A DNA stretch of 64,000 bases from Bacteroidota bacterium (GTDB lineage Bacteria; Bacteroidota; Bacteroidia; Bacteroidales; CAIXZF01), in NCBI GenBank assembly GCA_026391855.1, contig JAPLDE010000043.1, forward strand, positions 11,505 through 75,504. The letters are read 5' to 3'. The number at the start of each line of letters is the position of its first letter. Positions within the stretch are counted from its first letter, which is position 1. Below, one piece after another: positions 9,735-18,185 of the stretch. The translations under genes and the position numbers were made by a program. The notes below the pieces were generated by a model. The model did no database searches and was not told where the DNA came from. It worked only from the letters and a program-made list of their open reading frames with translations.

Positions 9735-11206
9735 TGATGACTCTTGAGAAGTATTTTGAGAAGTTCAGACGGGATATTGTTGGCCTGGATCAGACGTATC
9801 GTACACCCTACGGAAAAATGAAAATACGCTATGCCGACTGGATAGCAAGCGGCAGGCTTTACGGGCCGATCGAACAGGTTTTACTGAGAGATATAGGACC
9901 TTTTGTAGCCAATACCCATACCGAGACCAGTGAGACCGGTAAACTGATGACCCTGGCATACCGCTATGCCCATCAAAAGATCAAATCCCACGTCAATGCC
10001 GGTATCGACGACGCCATTATTACCACAGGGTTTGGAATGACGGGCGCCATCGTCAAGTTTCAGCGTATCCTGGGATTAAAGGTCTGCGGGTTGGTCAGTG
10101 AGCAAACGTGTATGAAAGACACTGAAAGACCGGTGGTTTTCATTACCCATATGGAGCATCATTCCAACCAGACCTCCTGGTACGAAACCTATGCTGATGT
10201 TGTTGTTATAGAGCCTGGCCCTGATCTGCAGGTTGATCCGGTAATACTGGAAGAATCTCTTCAGAAATATAAATACAGAAAAAGAAAAATAGGGGCTTTT
10301 ACTGCCTGTTCCAATGTGACCGGTATCCGGACACCCTATCACCAGATGGCCCGCCTGATGCATGAATACGGAGGGGTAGCTTTTATCGATTTTGCCGCTT
10401 CCGCACCTTATGACCCTATTGATATGCATCCGGCTGATCCCATGGAAAAACTGGACGGGATATATTTCTCCCCCCATAAATTCCTTGGCGGACCCGGTTC
10501 TTCCGGGGTGCTGGTCTTCGATTCAACCCTTTACCACAGTAAAGTACCCGATCAGCCAGGCGGAGGCACAGTCGACTGGACCAACGCCTGGGGCGAGTAT
10601 AAATTCATCGATGATATAGAGATCCGCGAAGACGGGGGAACACCCGGTTTCTTGCAGGCTATCCGTACTGCCCTTGCCATTGAATTAAAAGAAAAGATGG
10701 GATTGGATAATATTCATCAGCGTGAAAATGAATTAGTTAAACTAGCCTTTAAATCCTTAAAAACAGTGCCGGGTATTCAAATACTCGCCGATAACGTCGA
10801 AGATCGTCTGGGTGTCATCTCCTTCTATATCGAATCTGTTCATTATAATTTGATTGTCAGGATTTTAAGCGACAGGTTCGGCATCCAGGTTAGAGGCGGA
10901 TGCGCCTGTGCCGGTACTTATGGCCACTACCTGCTCGATGTCAGCTACGAAAAGTCAAAACGGATCACCGAAAAGATCAATACCGGCGATCTGTCCGACA
11001 AACCAGGCTGGGTAAGGGTTTCACTTCATCCTACCATGAAAGACAAGGAGGTACTGTTTCTTGCCGATGCATTGAAACAGATCAGTCAACACCATACCGA
11101 ATGGATGAAGGACTATACCTATAACAAACATACCAACGAATTTCAGCACAGGGAAGACAGCCGAAGCCAGGAAAGGGTGGAGGAGTGGTTTAATTTGAAA
11201 ATTTGA
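9734..11206 (+). CDS. class V aminotransferase-fold PLP enzyme (cysteine desulfurase / selenocysteine lyase-like)
   Basis: SPHKFLGGPGSSGVLVF carries the PLP-lysine motif, and RGGCACAG supplies a Cys-containing loop. The ATG at 9734 overlaps the upstream stop (TGATG). Confidence 0.8.
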   Translation: MMTLEKYFEKFRRDIVGLDQTYRTPYGKMKIRYADWIASGRLYGPIEQVLLRDIGPFVANTHTETSETGKLMTLAYRYAHQKIKSHVNAGIDDAIITTGFGMTGAIVKFQRILGLKVCGLVSEQTCMKDTERPVVFITHMEHHSNQTSWYETYADVVVIEPGPDLQVDPVILEESLQKYKYRKRKIGAFTACSNVTGIRTPYHQMARLMHEYGGVAFIDFAASAPYDPIDMHPADPMEKLDGIYFSPHKFLGGPGSSGVLVFDSTLYHSKVPDQPGGGTVDWTNAWGEYKFIDDIEIREDGGTPGFLQAIRTALAIELKEKMGLDNIHQRENELVKLAFKSLKTVPGIQILADNVEDRLGVISFYIESVHYNLIVRILSDRFGIQVRGGCACAGTYGHYLLDVSYEKSKRITEKINTGDLSDKPGWVRVSLHPTMKDKEVLFLADALKQISQHHTEWMKDYTYNKHTNEFQHREDSRSQERVEEWFNLKI

Positions 11207-11280
11207 AAATTTGAAAATTTGAAAATTTGAAAATCTGAAAATCTGAAAATTTGAAAATGCAAAAATCTGAAAATGTGAAT
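11193..11280. repeat. octamer tandem array (ATYTGAAA) x11 filling an intercistronic spacer
   Basis: Read directly: 5x atttgaaa, 2x atctgaaa, atttgaaa, atgcaaaa, atctgaaa, atgtgaat. The array contains the stop codon of the upstream gene (11204-11206) and runs into the ATG at 11279. Confidence 0.95.
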
Positions 11281-11530
11281 GATGATGTGTCCAAATTATT
11301 TGAACTGCCAATTGATTCATTATAAGGGAATTGTACAGGATGAGGAGCAGAGACAGGCCTACATTGCTGGTTTCTGCACTCATGATGAAAAGAAATGGGA
11401 AGAATGTAAGAGATTCAAAACCAATGCTGTCCTGCATTTCTGTCCCGATTTTGTGCTTCCCGATACCTCTTTAAACCTGGAGGAGATTATGGATCGTTTT
11501 GATGTAGAAACAACCGATCAACAAAAATAA
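11279..11530 (+). CDS. small cysteine-containing protein of unknown function (83 aa)
   Basis: The ORF sits in an operon position and has 5 Cys (C4, C10, C33, C43, C55). No family is recognised. Confidence 0.4.
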   Translation: MMMCPNYLNCQLIHYKGIVQDEEQRQAYIAGFCTHDEKKWEECKRFKTNAVLHFCPDFVLPDTSLNLEEIMDRFDVETTDQQK

Positions 11531-11540
11531 CTCATGCACT

Positions 11541-11858
11541 ATGCCAACAATTGAAATCGAAGGAAGAACATTTGAAGTGGACGGGGATGGTTTTTTATCG
11601 GAACCGGGAGCCTGGAATGATGAAGTTGCAGAACTCTTCGGAAAGTTTGACGGGATTGCCCCGCTTACCGAGAAACACTGGGCCGTCATCCGTATCATCA
11701 GGAGGAATTTTGAAGAGAAGGGCATGGCGCCCATGATTCGCACCATTTGCCAGGAAACCGGCCTGAAACTGAGGGAGATATACGAATTGTTCCCATTGGG
11801 TCCTGCCAGGGGAGCCTGCAGGGTGGCGGGTCTTCCAAAACCGGACGGGTGCGTTTAG
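11541..11858 (+). CDS. dsrC: DsrC/TusE-family sulfur relay protein, two-cysteine DsrC type
   Basis: The 105 aa product aligns along its whole length to the DsrC pattern (...HW.VI...R.....G..P..R........LYELFP.GPA..AC..AGLPKP.GCV). The C-terminal arm is C93-x10-C104-V105. Confidence 0.9.
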   Translation: MPTIEIEGRTFEVDGDGFLSEPGAWNDEVAELFGKFDGIAPLTEKHWAVIRIIRRNFEEKGMAPMIRTICQETGLKLREIYELFPLGPARGACRVAGLPKPDGCV

Positions 11859-11872
11859 TTAAAACCAGTAAT

Positions 11873-12508
11873 ATGGAATGGTATTATTATGTTTCTTTAG
11901 TTTCGTTTTTCGTTTGTGTGATCACCTTGGGTTGTCATCTGACCCGCCTCATCAGGCTTGGGAAACCGGAAGATTTTGCCCTTCCGGCAGGCTCTCCGCT
12001 TAAAGGCATCCAATATTCGTTTACCAGGGCCATGAACCCTTTCAAAAAAGAGTCGGCCTATCTTCATCTTCCTACATACACGGCCGGGATCTTTTATCAC
12101 CTGGGTTCTTTCCTGTCAATGCTGCTTTTCTTTTTTATCTGGTTCGGAAGAATGCCGGTTAGCAGCACACTGGCTTATATACTGGCTGCCATTCTGATGC
12201 TTACCGGGGGTTGTGGCATAGCCATACTGATCAAACGAGTATCGAAACGTTTACTCCTGGATTTGTCGAACCCCGATGATTATCTCTCGAATGTCCTGGT
12301 TACCCTTTTTCAGGGGATGACAGCCTTGCTGTTGTCAACCGGAAAGTTTTTATCCCTGTATTTTATCGCAGCCAGTTTGTTAATGCTCTGGTTTCCGGTT
12401 GGTAAGCTCAGGCATGCCCTGTATTTTTTTTCAGCCAGGTACCACCTTGGTTTTTTCTATGGTTACAGAGGAGTATGGCCTCCCTGGAAATTGAATAAGT
12501 TTTTATGA
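11873..12508 (+). CDS. NarI/DsrM/HdrE-like membrane cytochrome b-type subunit
   Basis: Start is chosen at MEWYYY. About 5 TM helices carry His pairs in helices (HLPTYTAGIFYH; RHALYFFSARYH). It is translationally coupled (ATGA) to the DsrK-like gene. The family call rests on architecture and context. Confidence 0.55.
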   Translation: MEWYYYVSLVSFFVCVITLGCHLTRLIRLGKPEDFALPAGSPLKGIQYSFTRAMNPFKKESAYLHLPTYTAGIFYHLGSFLSMLLFFFIWFGRMPVSSTLAYILAAILMLTGGCGIAILIKRVSKRLLLDLSNPDDYLSNVLVTLFQGMTALLLSTGKFLSLYFIAASLLMLWFPVGKLRHALYFFSARYHLGFFYGYRGVWPPWKLNKFL

Positions 12509-13803
12509 CAGAAGGACTTACCAGTGAGCAGATTGATAAGGGACTTGAGGTGTTTCAGGGACTGGCTGACAGTAAACTTTTAACGAACCTGAACAGTTGT
12601 GTTCATTGCGGGTTATGTGCCGAAAGCTGTATCTATTACCTGACGACAGGGGATCCCAGGCTGATCCCGGCCCGTAAGGTCGATCTGGTTGCTTCCCTAT
12701 ACAAACGGTACAATACCTTCACAGGCAGGATGATGCCCGGGTTGACGGGAGCCAGGAATTTGGACAGCAAGACTGTGGACGAAATGACTGACCTGTTATT
12801 CGGAGCTTGTACCATGTGTGGCAGATGCACCTCCCATTGTTCTGTAGGTATTGACATTGCCTACCTGGTTAAAACAGGCCGTACCATGCTCTCGAACATG
12901 GGATTGGTGCCGGCCAGCCTGCAATCCACAGTAAATGCGGCACTGGAAACGGGAAATAACATGGGCATACCGGAGGATGAATTCCTGTCTACCCTTCAAT
13001 GGATGGAAGAAGAGCTGGCCGATGATCTGCAGCATCCTGATGCCCGAATTCCCGTCAATGAAACAGGGAAAAACGTGCTCTATACACTCAACCCCAGGGA
13101 ACCGAAATTTTTTCCCCTCTCCATCTCGGCCATGGCAAAGATCTTTTTTGCGGCCGGAGAAAGCTGGACTCTGTCTACCAAGATGTATGATGTGACTAAC
13201 TATGCATACTTCTCTGGTAATCAACAGGAAGCATCCGTTATTGCAAAAAGGTTGAGCGATGAAATAGACCACCTGAAAACCCAAACCCTCGTATTGGCCG
13301 AATGCGGCCACGGATCCAGGGCTTTCCGGTGGGAGGCCCCGAATTACTTAAAACAGTGTTTCCCTTTCAGGGTGATGACCTCTGTTGAACTTATTGCCGG
13401 ATATCTTCGGGAGGGAAGGATCAGGCTCGACCCGGCAAAGATAAAGGAAAGAGTTACCCTTCATGATCCCTGTAACCTCGTTCGGAACGGAGGAGTAATC
13501 CTGGAACAGCGATATATTCTTCACCAGTTTGTTAAAGATTTTGTCGAGATGGATCCTGCAGGGACCGATAATTACTGTTGCGGGGGCGGGGGTGGCCAGC
13601 TTGCTATGAGCGAATACAACGTCCGAAGAATTAAGATCGCCGGGATCAAAGCCGAACAGATCAGGAAAACCGGGGCCGGGATTGTGGTTACTCCTTGTCA
13701 CAATTGTGTAGACCAGCTTTCCCAGATTAATTTCCATTATAAAATGGGTATTCAGGTAAAAACACTGGCTGAAATTGTGGCCGATGCCCTCATACTGGAT
13801 TGA
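12505..13803 (+). CDS. DsrK/HdrD-like Fe-S oxidoreductase with CCG domains
   Basis: It has two ferredoxin-type motifs (CVHCGLCAESC, CTMCGRCTSHC) and C-terminal cysteine-rich CCG-type motifs (HDPCN, NYCCGGGGG, TPCHNC). Confidence 0.8.
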   Translation: MTEGLTSEQIDKGLEVFQGLADSKLLTNLNSCVHCGLCAESCIYYLTTGDPRLIPARKVDLVASLYKRYNTFTGRMMPGLTGARNLDSKTVDEMTDLLFGACTMCGRCTSHCSVGIDIAYLVKTGRTMLSNMGLVPASLQSTVNAALETGNNMGIPEDEFLSTLQWMEEELADDLQHPDARIPVNETGKNVLYTLNPREPKFFPLSISAMAKIFFAAGESWTLSTKMYDVTNYAYFSGNQQEASVIAKRLSDEIDHLKTQTLVLAECGHGSRAFRWEAPNYLKQCFPFRVMTSVELIAGYLREGRIRLDPAKIKERVTLHDPCNLVRNGGVILEQRYILHQFVKDFVEMDPAGTDNYCCGGGGGQLAMSEYNVRRIKIAGIKAEQIRKTGAGIVVTPCHNCVDQLSQINFHYKMGIQVKTLAEIVADALILD

Positions 13804-13841
13804 TAATACATTGATTGTCAAATATATAAAACTTCTCTGTT

Positions 13842-15038
13842 ATGAATAATTTGATTTACCTCGACAATTCTGCCACCACTTTTCCAAAACCGGATGTAGT
13901 GTATGATTTCATGACCAGCTTCTACCGTGAACATGGTGTTAATCCCGGCCGGTCGGGTTTCGATGCAGCCATCGAAACGGAAGAGGTGATCCAGGATACC
14001 AGGAAAATATTGACTGACCTCTTTCACGGTGAAGATCCCAACCGGTTGACATTCAGCTATAATGCCAGTGATTCGCTCAATATGATCCTGCAGGGACTGG
14101 CAGTACCAGGCGACCATGTGATTACCACCATGCTGGAACATAACTCGGTACTGCGACCCTTGTATCACTTGGGCCTGGAAAAAATTATTGAGGTCACCTA
14201 TCTTCCTTTTGACATTCATGGGTATCTGAATCCTGATGATGTTAAGAAAGCCATCAGAAAGAATACGAAAATGGTGGTGGTTAACCACTGTTCCAATGTG
14301 ATCGGTACGGTTCAGCCCCTGGCAGAAATAGGCAGGATCTGCAAAGAGGCCGGGGTGTATTTTGTGGTGGATGGCAGCCAGAGTGCCGGAATTATTCCTG
14401 TTGATATGCAACAGATGGGAATTGATGTTTTTGTGTTTACTGGTCACAAGTGTCTCATGGGACCCACGGGCATAGGTGGTTCCTATGTTATGCCCGGTGT
14501 ACCGGTCCGTTTTACCCGGTACGGAGGCACAGGGGTTCGTTCTGCCCAAAAGACCCATCTTGAAGAATTTCCTTACAGGCTCGAATGCGGTACGATAAAT
14601 ATAGTCGGGGTTGCCGGAATATACGCCGGAGTTAAATGGGTGCTGGAACAGGGGATGGATAAGCTGCATAACCAGGAAATGAAGCTGTGGGATAAACTGA
14701 GGAAAGGCGTTCAGAAGATGGATAACGTGGTAACTTATTGCGCCGAAAGTATTGAAAATCAAAATTCTGTATTAAGCCTTAACATTCAGGGCTTTGATTC
14801 CGGAGATGTTGGAACCATGCTGGATGTGGATTACAACATCGCCTGCCGTACCGGCCTGCAATGCGCCCCGTTGGTGCATACCCAACTGGGTACTGATAAA
14901 ATCCATGGTACAGTGAGGCTGAGCATCGGGCCGTTCAATACTGAAGAACATATTGATGCTGCCCTTTGCGCCATCGATGAAATTGCTTCTATCACCCGGC
15001 CGGAGATCCGAATTATGAATGCAAAAGCGCATGTCTGA
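13842..15038 (+). CDS. cysteine desulfurase family protein (class V aminotransferase fold)
   Basis: IYLDNSATTFPKP is a typical NifS/CsdA-like start, and FTGHKCLMGPTGIGG carries the PLP lysine. The length is 398 aa. Confidence 0.85.
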   Translation: MNNLIYLDNSATTFPKPDVVYDFMTSFYREHGVNPGRSGFDAAIETEEVIQDTRKILTDLFHGEDPNRLTFSYNASDSLNMILQGLAVPGDHVITTMLEHNSVLRPLYHLGLEKIIEVTYLPFDIHGYLNPDDVKKAIRKNTKMVVVNHCSNVIGTVQPLAEIGRICKEAGVYFVVDGSQSAGIIPVDMQQMGIDVFVFTGHKCLMGPTGIGGSYVMPGVPVRFTRYGGTGVRSAQKTHLEEFPYRLECGTINIVGVAGIYAGVKWVLEQGMDKLHNQEMKLWDKLRKGVQKMDNVVTYCAESIENQNSVLSLNIQGFDSGDVGTMLDVDYNIACRTGLQCAPLVHTQLGTDKIHGTVRLSIGPFNTEEHIDAALCAIDEIASITRPEIRIMNAKAHV

Positions 15039-15354
15039 CTACCAAAACCCGGCTACGCATAATTTACAGCAGTCGCTCGCCAAAGCAGGCCAGGCAGTTC
15101 GGCCTGTTCAGGTTTTAGAGGTCTGTAAACCAGCTTATTCCGGAAAAATCCTGGAAAAGAACCATGAAAGGATGGCCTCCGTTATGATGCCCTGCCGGAT
15201 CTCCGTTTATGAAAAGGAAGATGGACTGGCATATATTTCATTGCTCAATGCAGATGCGATGGCTGCGGCTTTGCCTGCCACCATTTCAGTGCCCATGAAG
15301 GCTGCCGCCGATGAAATCCTCGAAATAGTAGGGTCAGTGACAGGATTGTTTTAA
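15031..15354 (+). CDS. DUF302-like protein (short)
   Basis: VLEVCKPAYSGKILEKNHERMASVMMPCRISVYEKEDG resembles the DUF302 core (..CNP.......LLPC.V.VYE..G). It overlaps the upstream stop by 8 nt. The N-terminus looks shorter than usual. Confidence 0.55.
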   Translation: MSDYQNPATHNLQQSLAKAGQAVRPVQVLEVCKPAYSGKILEKNHERMASVMMPCRISVYEKEDGLAYISLLNADAMAAALPATISVPMKAAADEILEIVGSVTGLF

Positions 15355-15455
15355 ACGGTTTCAATGCTGAATGAACCAAGCGCCTGGGATAAGGTATAAG
15401 CAATAAGAGATTGTCCTTATCTCATAACAAGAAGAAAATCAGTAAGATACGAAAG

Positions 15456-15659
15456 TTATTTCTTCTTCCCGGTATTTAGCCCGAAAGGGATATAGAGCGG
15501 ACAGACGCCTATAATGCTGGTCAGTATAAAAATTCCTGCCAGTATCAACAGTATAATACCTAAAGTTCCGTGCACTACTTTGGTATAATAAAGAATAATG
15601 AAAATAATGGCCAGTAAAATCCTGATGGCCATGTCGGCGGTGCCCATGTTCTTTTTCAT
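15456..15659 (-). CDS. DUF2892 / YgaP-like small membrane protein
   Basis: The 67 aa product reads MGTADMAIRILLAI...ILTSIIGVCPLYIPFG, a two-TM hairpin with the conserved CP motif. Confidence 0.7.
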   Translation of the reverse strand: MKKNMGTADMAIRILLAIIFIILYYTKVVHGTLGIILLILAGIFILTSIIGVCPLYIPFGLNTGKKK

Positions 15660-15712
15660 ATTCGAATTATTAAAGTTTAAGGATTATTTTCTGCTGTATT
15701 AATATTAAGCAA

Positions 15713-15756
15713 AGTGATACCAATGCGATTTAAAACAAAAATTTTAAGTATATTTG
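15713..15756 (+). promoter_or_regulatory. putative promoter: AGTGATACCAATGCGATTTA box plus -7 box TATATTTG
   Basis: It has the same 20-nt box (18/20 identical) and the same 36-nt offset to a TAnnTTTG box (15749-15756) as at 7473-7516. Confidence 0.45.
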
Positions 15757-15800
15757 CAGGATATAAATCTACGACGAAAAATCGATAAACAATAAAAAAA

Positions 15801-16037
15801 ATGAATAGTTCCTGCAAAACAAAAATTGAGGATATTCCCTTGAAAGAAAGGATGAAGACCTGGGCTTTCTGGAAAGCAACCATAGCCGTTTTAGCCGGTG
15901 GAACAGGGGGATACCTGTATTACCATTTTATCGGGTGCTCCTCAGGGAGTTGTGCCATTACCGGAAACCCCTATATCAGTATCTTTTTCGGGGGGCTGGT
16001 GGGATATTTCCTGGTAAAAAGACCTTGCGGGTGCTGA
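15801..16037 (+). CDS. small membrane protein with GCSSGSC motif (DUF6132-like)
   Basis: The 78 aa product has two TM helices, the motif HFIGCSSGSCAITGNP and a C-terminal PCGC. Confidence 0.5.
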   Translation: MNSSCKTKIEDIPLKERMKTWAFWKATIAVLAGGTGGYLYYHFIGCSSGSCAITGNPYISIFFGGLVGYFLVKRPCGC

Positions 16038-16045
16038 TTCAGCTT

Positions 16046-17227
16046 CTATAGTTTATCCAATGCCTGGTCAAAGTCATCGATCAGGTCTTTCACATCTTCA
16101 ATTCCAACAGAAAGCCGGATCAGGTCATCGGTGATTCCTGCAGTCAGTTTATCTTCGGCCGAGACCTTTGAATGGGTCATGGAAGCCGGGTGCTGGATCA
16201 GGGTTTCCACTCCGCCGAGTGATACCGCCAACAAGGCCACCTGGAGGTTGTCAAGGAATTTCTTACCAGCTTCATAGCCTCCTTTCAGTCCGAAGCTGAT
16301 CACTGCTCCCGGACCCCGCATTTGTTCTTTAGCGAGCTGGTGCTGGGGATGGGAATGTAATCCGGGAAAGCGGACCCAGGCTACCTTGGGGTGATTTTCA
16401 AGATAAGTGGCCAGCTGGGAAGCATTTTCCTGCGATCTTTCCATACGTACACCCAGGGTCTTCAATCCCCTGATCACAAGGAAAGCCTGGTGGGGATCTA
16501 TGTTACAGCCCAGGTTGATCATCATGCTGCGCAACTGATCATACATGGCTTTCTCTTTGGTAACGATGATGCCACCAACGATATCGGCATGACCGTTGAT
16601 GAATTTTGTCATGGAATGGAAAACGATATCGGCTCCCAGGTCGAGCGGGTTCTGAAGATAAGGGCTGCAGAAGGTATTGTCGACAACGAGTATGATCCCG
16701 TGTTGCTTTGCAATTTCAGCACAGGCAACCAGGTCGGTGATCCCCATGGTCGGGTTGGCCGGGGTTTCAATATATAAGACCTTGGTATTGGGCCGGATAG
16801 CTTTTTTAATTGCTTCAATATCAGTAGTATCCACATAAGTTGAATGAAATCCGAAGCGGACCCACTGTTTTACCACTACATTCCGTGCCGGACCATACAC
16901 GGCATCCGTACTTACAATATGATCTCCCTGGCTCAGCAAGGATAAGTAAATGGTGTTGGCTGCTGCCATACCCGAACTTACGGCAATTCCGCCGTACCCA
17001 TTCTCCAGAATGGCAAGCTGTCGCTCGAGGGCATCAATGGTCGGGTTCCCGATACGGGTATAGATGTATCCGTCGCTTTCACCTGCAAAACATCTCGCCC
17101 CTTCATCGGCGCTTTCAAAAATAAAGGTGGAGGTTTGGTAGATAGGGACAGTGGCGCTTCCAAATTTGTCGCTGATGCTGCCGGCATGGATCAACCTGGT
17201 GTTGAATCCTGAGTTTTCTTTCTTCAT
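16046..17227 (-). CDS. Cys/Met-metabolism PLP enzyme, methionine gamma-lyase / O-acetylhomoserine sulfhydrylase family
   Basis: Start is chosen at MKKENSGFNTRLIHAG (Met30 of the listed ORF). HSMTKFINGH carries the PLP lysine motif. The family pattern holds along the whole length. Confidence 0.85.
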   Translation of the reverse strand: MKKENSGFNTRLIHAGSISDKFGSATVPIYQTSTFIFESADEGARCFAGESDGYIYTRIGNPTIDALERQLAILENGYGGIAVSSGMAAANTIYLSLLSQGDHIVSTDAVYGPARNVVVKQWVRFGFHSTYVDTTDIEAIKKAIRPNTKVLYIETPANPTMGITDLVACAEIAKQHGIILVVDNTFCSPYLQNPLDLGADIVFHSMTKFINGHADIVGGIIVTKEKAMYDQLRSMMINLGCNIDPHQAFLVIRGLKTLGVRMERSQENASQLATYLENHPKVAWVRFPGLHSHPQHQLAKEQMRGPGAVISFGLKGGYEAGKKFLDNLQVALLAVSLGGVETLIQHPASMTHSKVSAEDKLTAGITDDLIRLSVGIEDVKDLIDDFDQALDKL

Positions 17228-17610
17228 GAGTAGCTTTCTTAAATTTTTCGCAAAGGTAATGAAAGAGTTTAATGACAGGCTTCCAATATTGGTGTTAAAT
17301 CGCTGTAATTTCATTTCGATTGTGCCCTATTGTGACTATTGTGGTTCATATCTTGCTCAATAACAGTCAGTTCCGATCATTATGCACAATCATACTTGAT
17401 TATTTCTTGTCCCTCCTCCGACATTCCCTGGAAATCCACATATTTCCACTTTTAAACAATTTGATTTCAATGGACAAAGGGAACCAACATAATGTTATTC
17501 ATGGCGTGTTTGTGAGATCGAAGAATTTCATGTACGTTTGACATGCAGAAACCCGGGAAACGGGAACCTGGATGAATGAGCAACAAATTTTTCACTAATT
17601 TAAGTTAGTT

Positions 17611-18105
17611 ATAAAGACAATAGCCATAATAGGAACAGGAGGGGTGGGAGGATATTTTGGCGGGAAACTGGCCAGGGCCGGATACGATGTGACTTTTCTT
17701 GCCCGCGGAGAACATTTAAAGGCTATCCGGCAGAACGGACTGACAATCAAAAGTATTCAGGGTGATTTTAAGGTAGATCCGGTTAACGTAACTGACAAGA
17801 TAAAAGCTGTTGGATCAGCTGACTTGATCATTATCGCTGTGAAAGCATGGCAAATCAAAGAGGTCGCAAAGGATTTGGCAGACGTTACAAAAAAAGGTAA
17901 AACTGTCGCTTTCATTGATTCTTTTCCTTATGATTCAACTTCATCATTGACCCGTGACATTTGGGAAGGAAAACCATCGGAAATTGAATATCAAAACGGG
18001 ACAGTAGTAAAACTTGCTGAAAAATACGGGATCGAAACACCAGTCAATAAGTTTGTTTATCATTGTATTTTACCAATGGATATCAAAGCAAGAAAATCAC
18101 TATAA
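17611..18105 (+). pseudogene. ketopantoate reductase (ApbA/PanE)-like remnant
   Basis: The N-terminal Rossmann part (KTIAIIGTGGVGGYFGGKLARAGYDVTFLARG) is joined directly to the C-terminal tail (SSLTRDIWEGKPSEIEYQNGTVVKLAEKYGIETPVN). The expected middle ~150 aa are absent, and ATA occupies the expected ATG position (17611). Confidence 0.55.
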
Positions 18106-18185
18106 AACGTTAGGCGGCTGTGTTTTACAACAAGCAGTCCGTTTACTAATTAAAGGTTTCTAGTTATCACAATACTTTTAGCAAA

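Noticed and set aside
11021-11437. A 138-aa minus-strand ORF with FQIF(A/R/K)FSN repeats.
   Set aside because: It is the translation of the octamer array plus antisense sequence of two well-supported plus-strand genes.
11747-11872. An N-terminal extension of the DsrM-like ORF that overlaps dsrC.
   Set aside because: The extension overlaps the well-supported dsrC frame and is hydrophilic junk. The ATG at 11873 starts directly at the first TM helix. The same reasoning was used to trim the ORFs at 45577-45726, 17228-17314, 7493-7552, 25991-26014 and 28726-28770.
13818-14762. A 314-aa ORF on the minus strand opposite the cysteine desulfurase gene.
   Set aside because: It is fully antisense to a gene with clear family motifs (the PLP-lysine motif and an NifS-like N-terminus). 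Its translation is His/Ile/Phe-rich with no recognisable motifs. It is a typical shadow ORF.
17228-17640. A SAM (S-box) or other riboswitch upstream of the methionine gamma-lyase-type gene.
   Set aside because: I read the minus-strand leader and found only small local hairpins (CCCGggaaaCGGG, CATGTacgtttgACATG). None of the conserved S-box blocks I can recall are present. There is no basis for a call.
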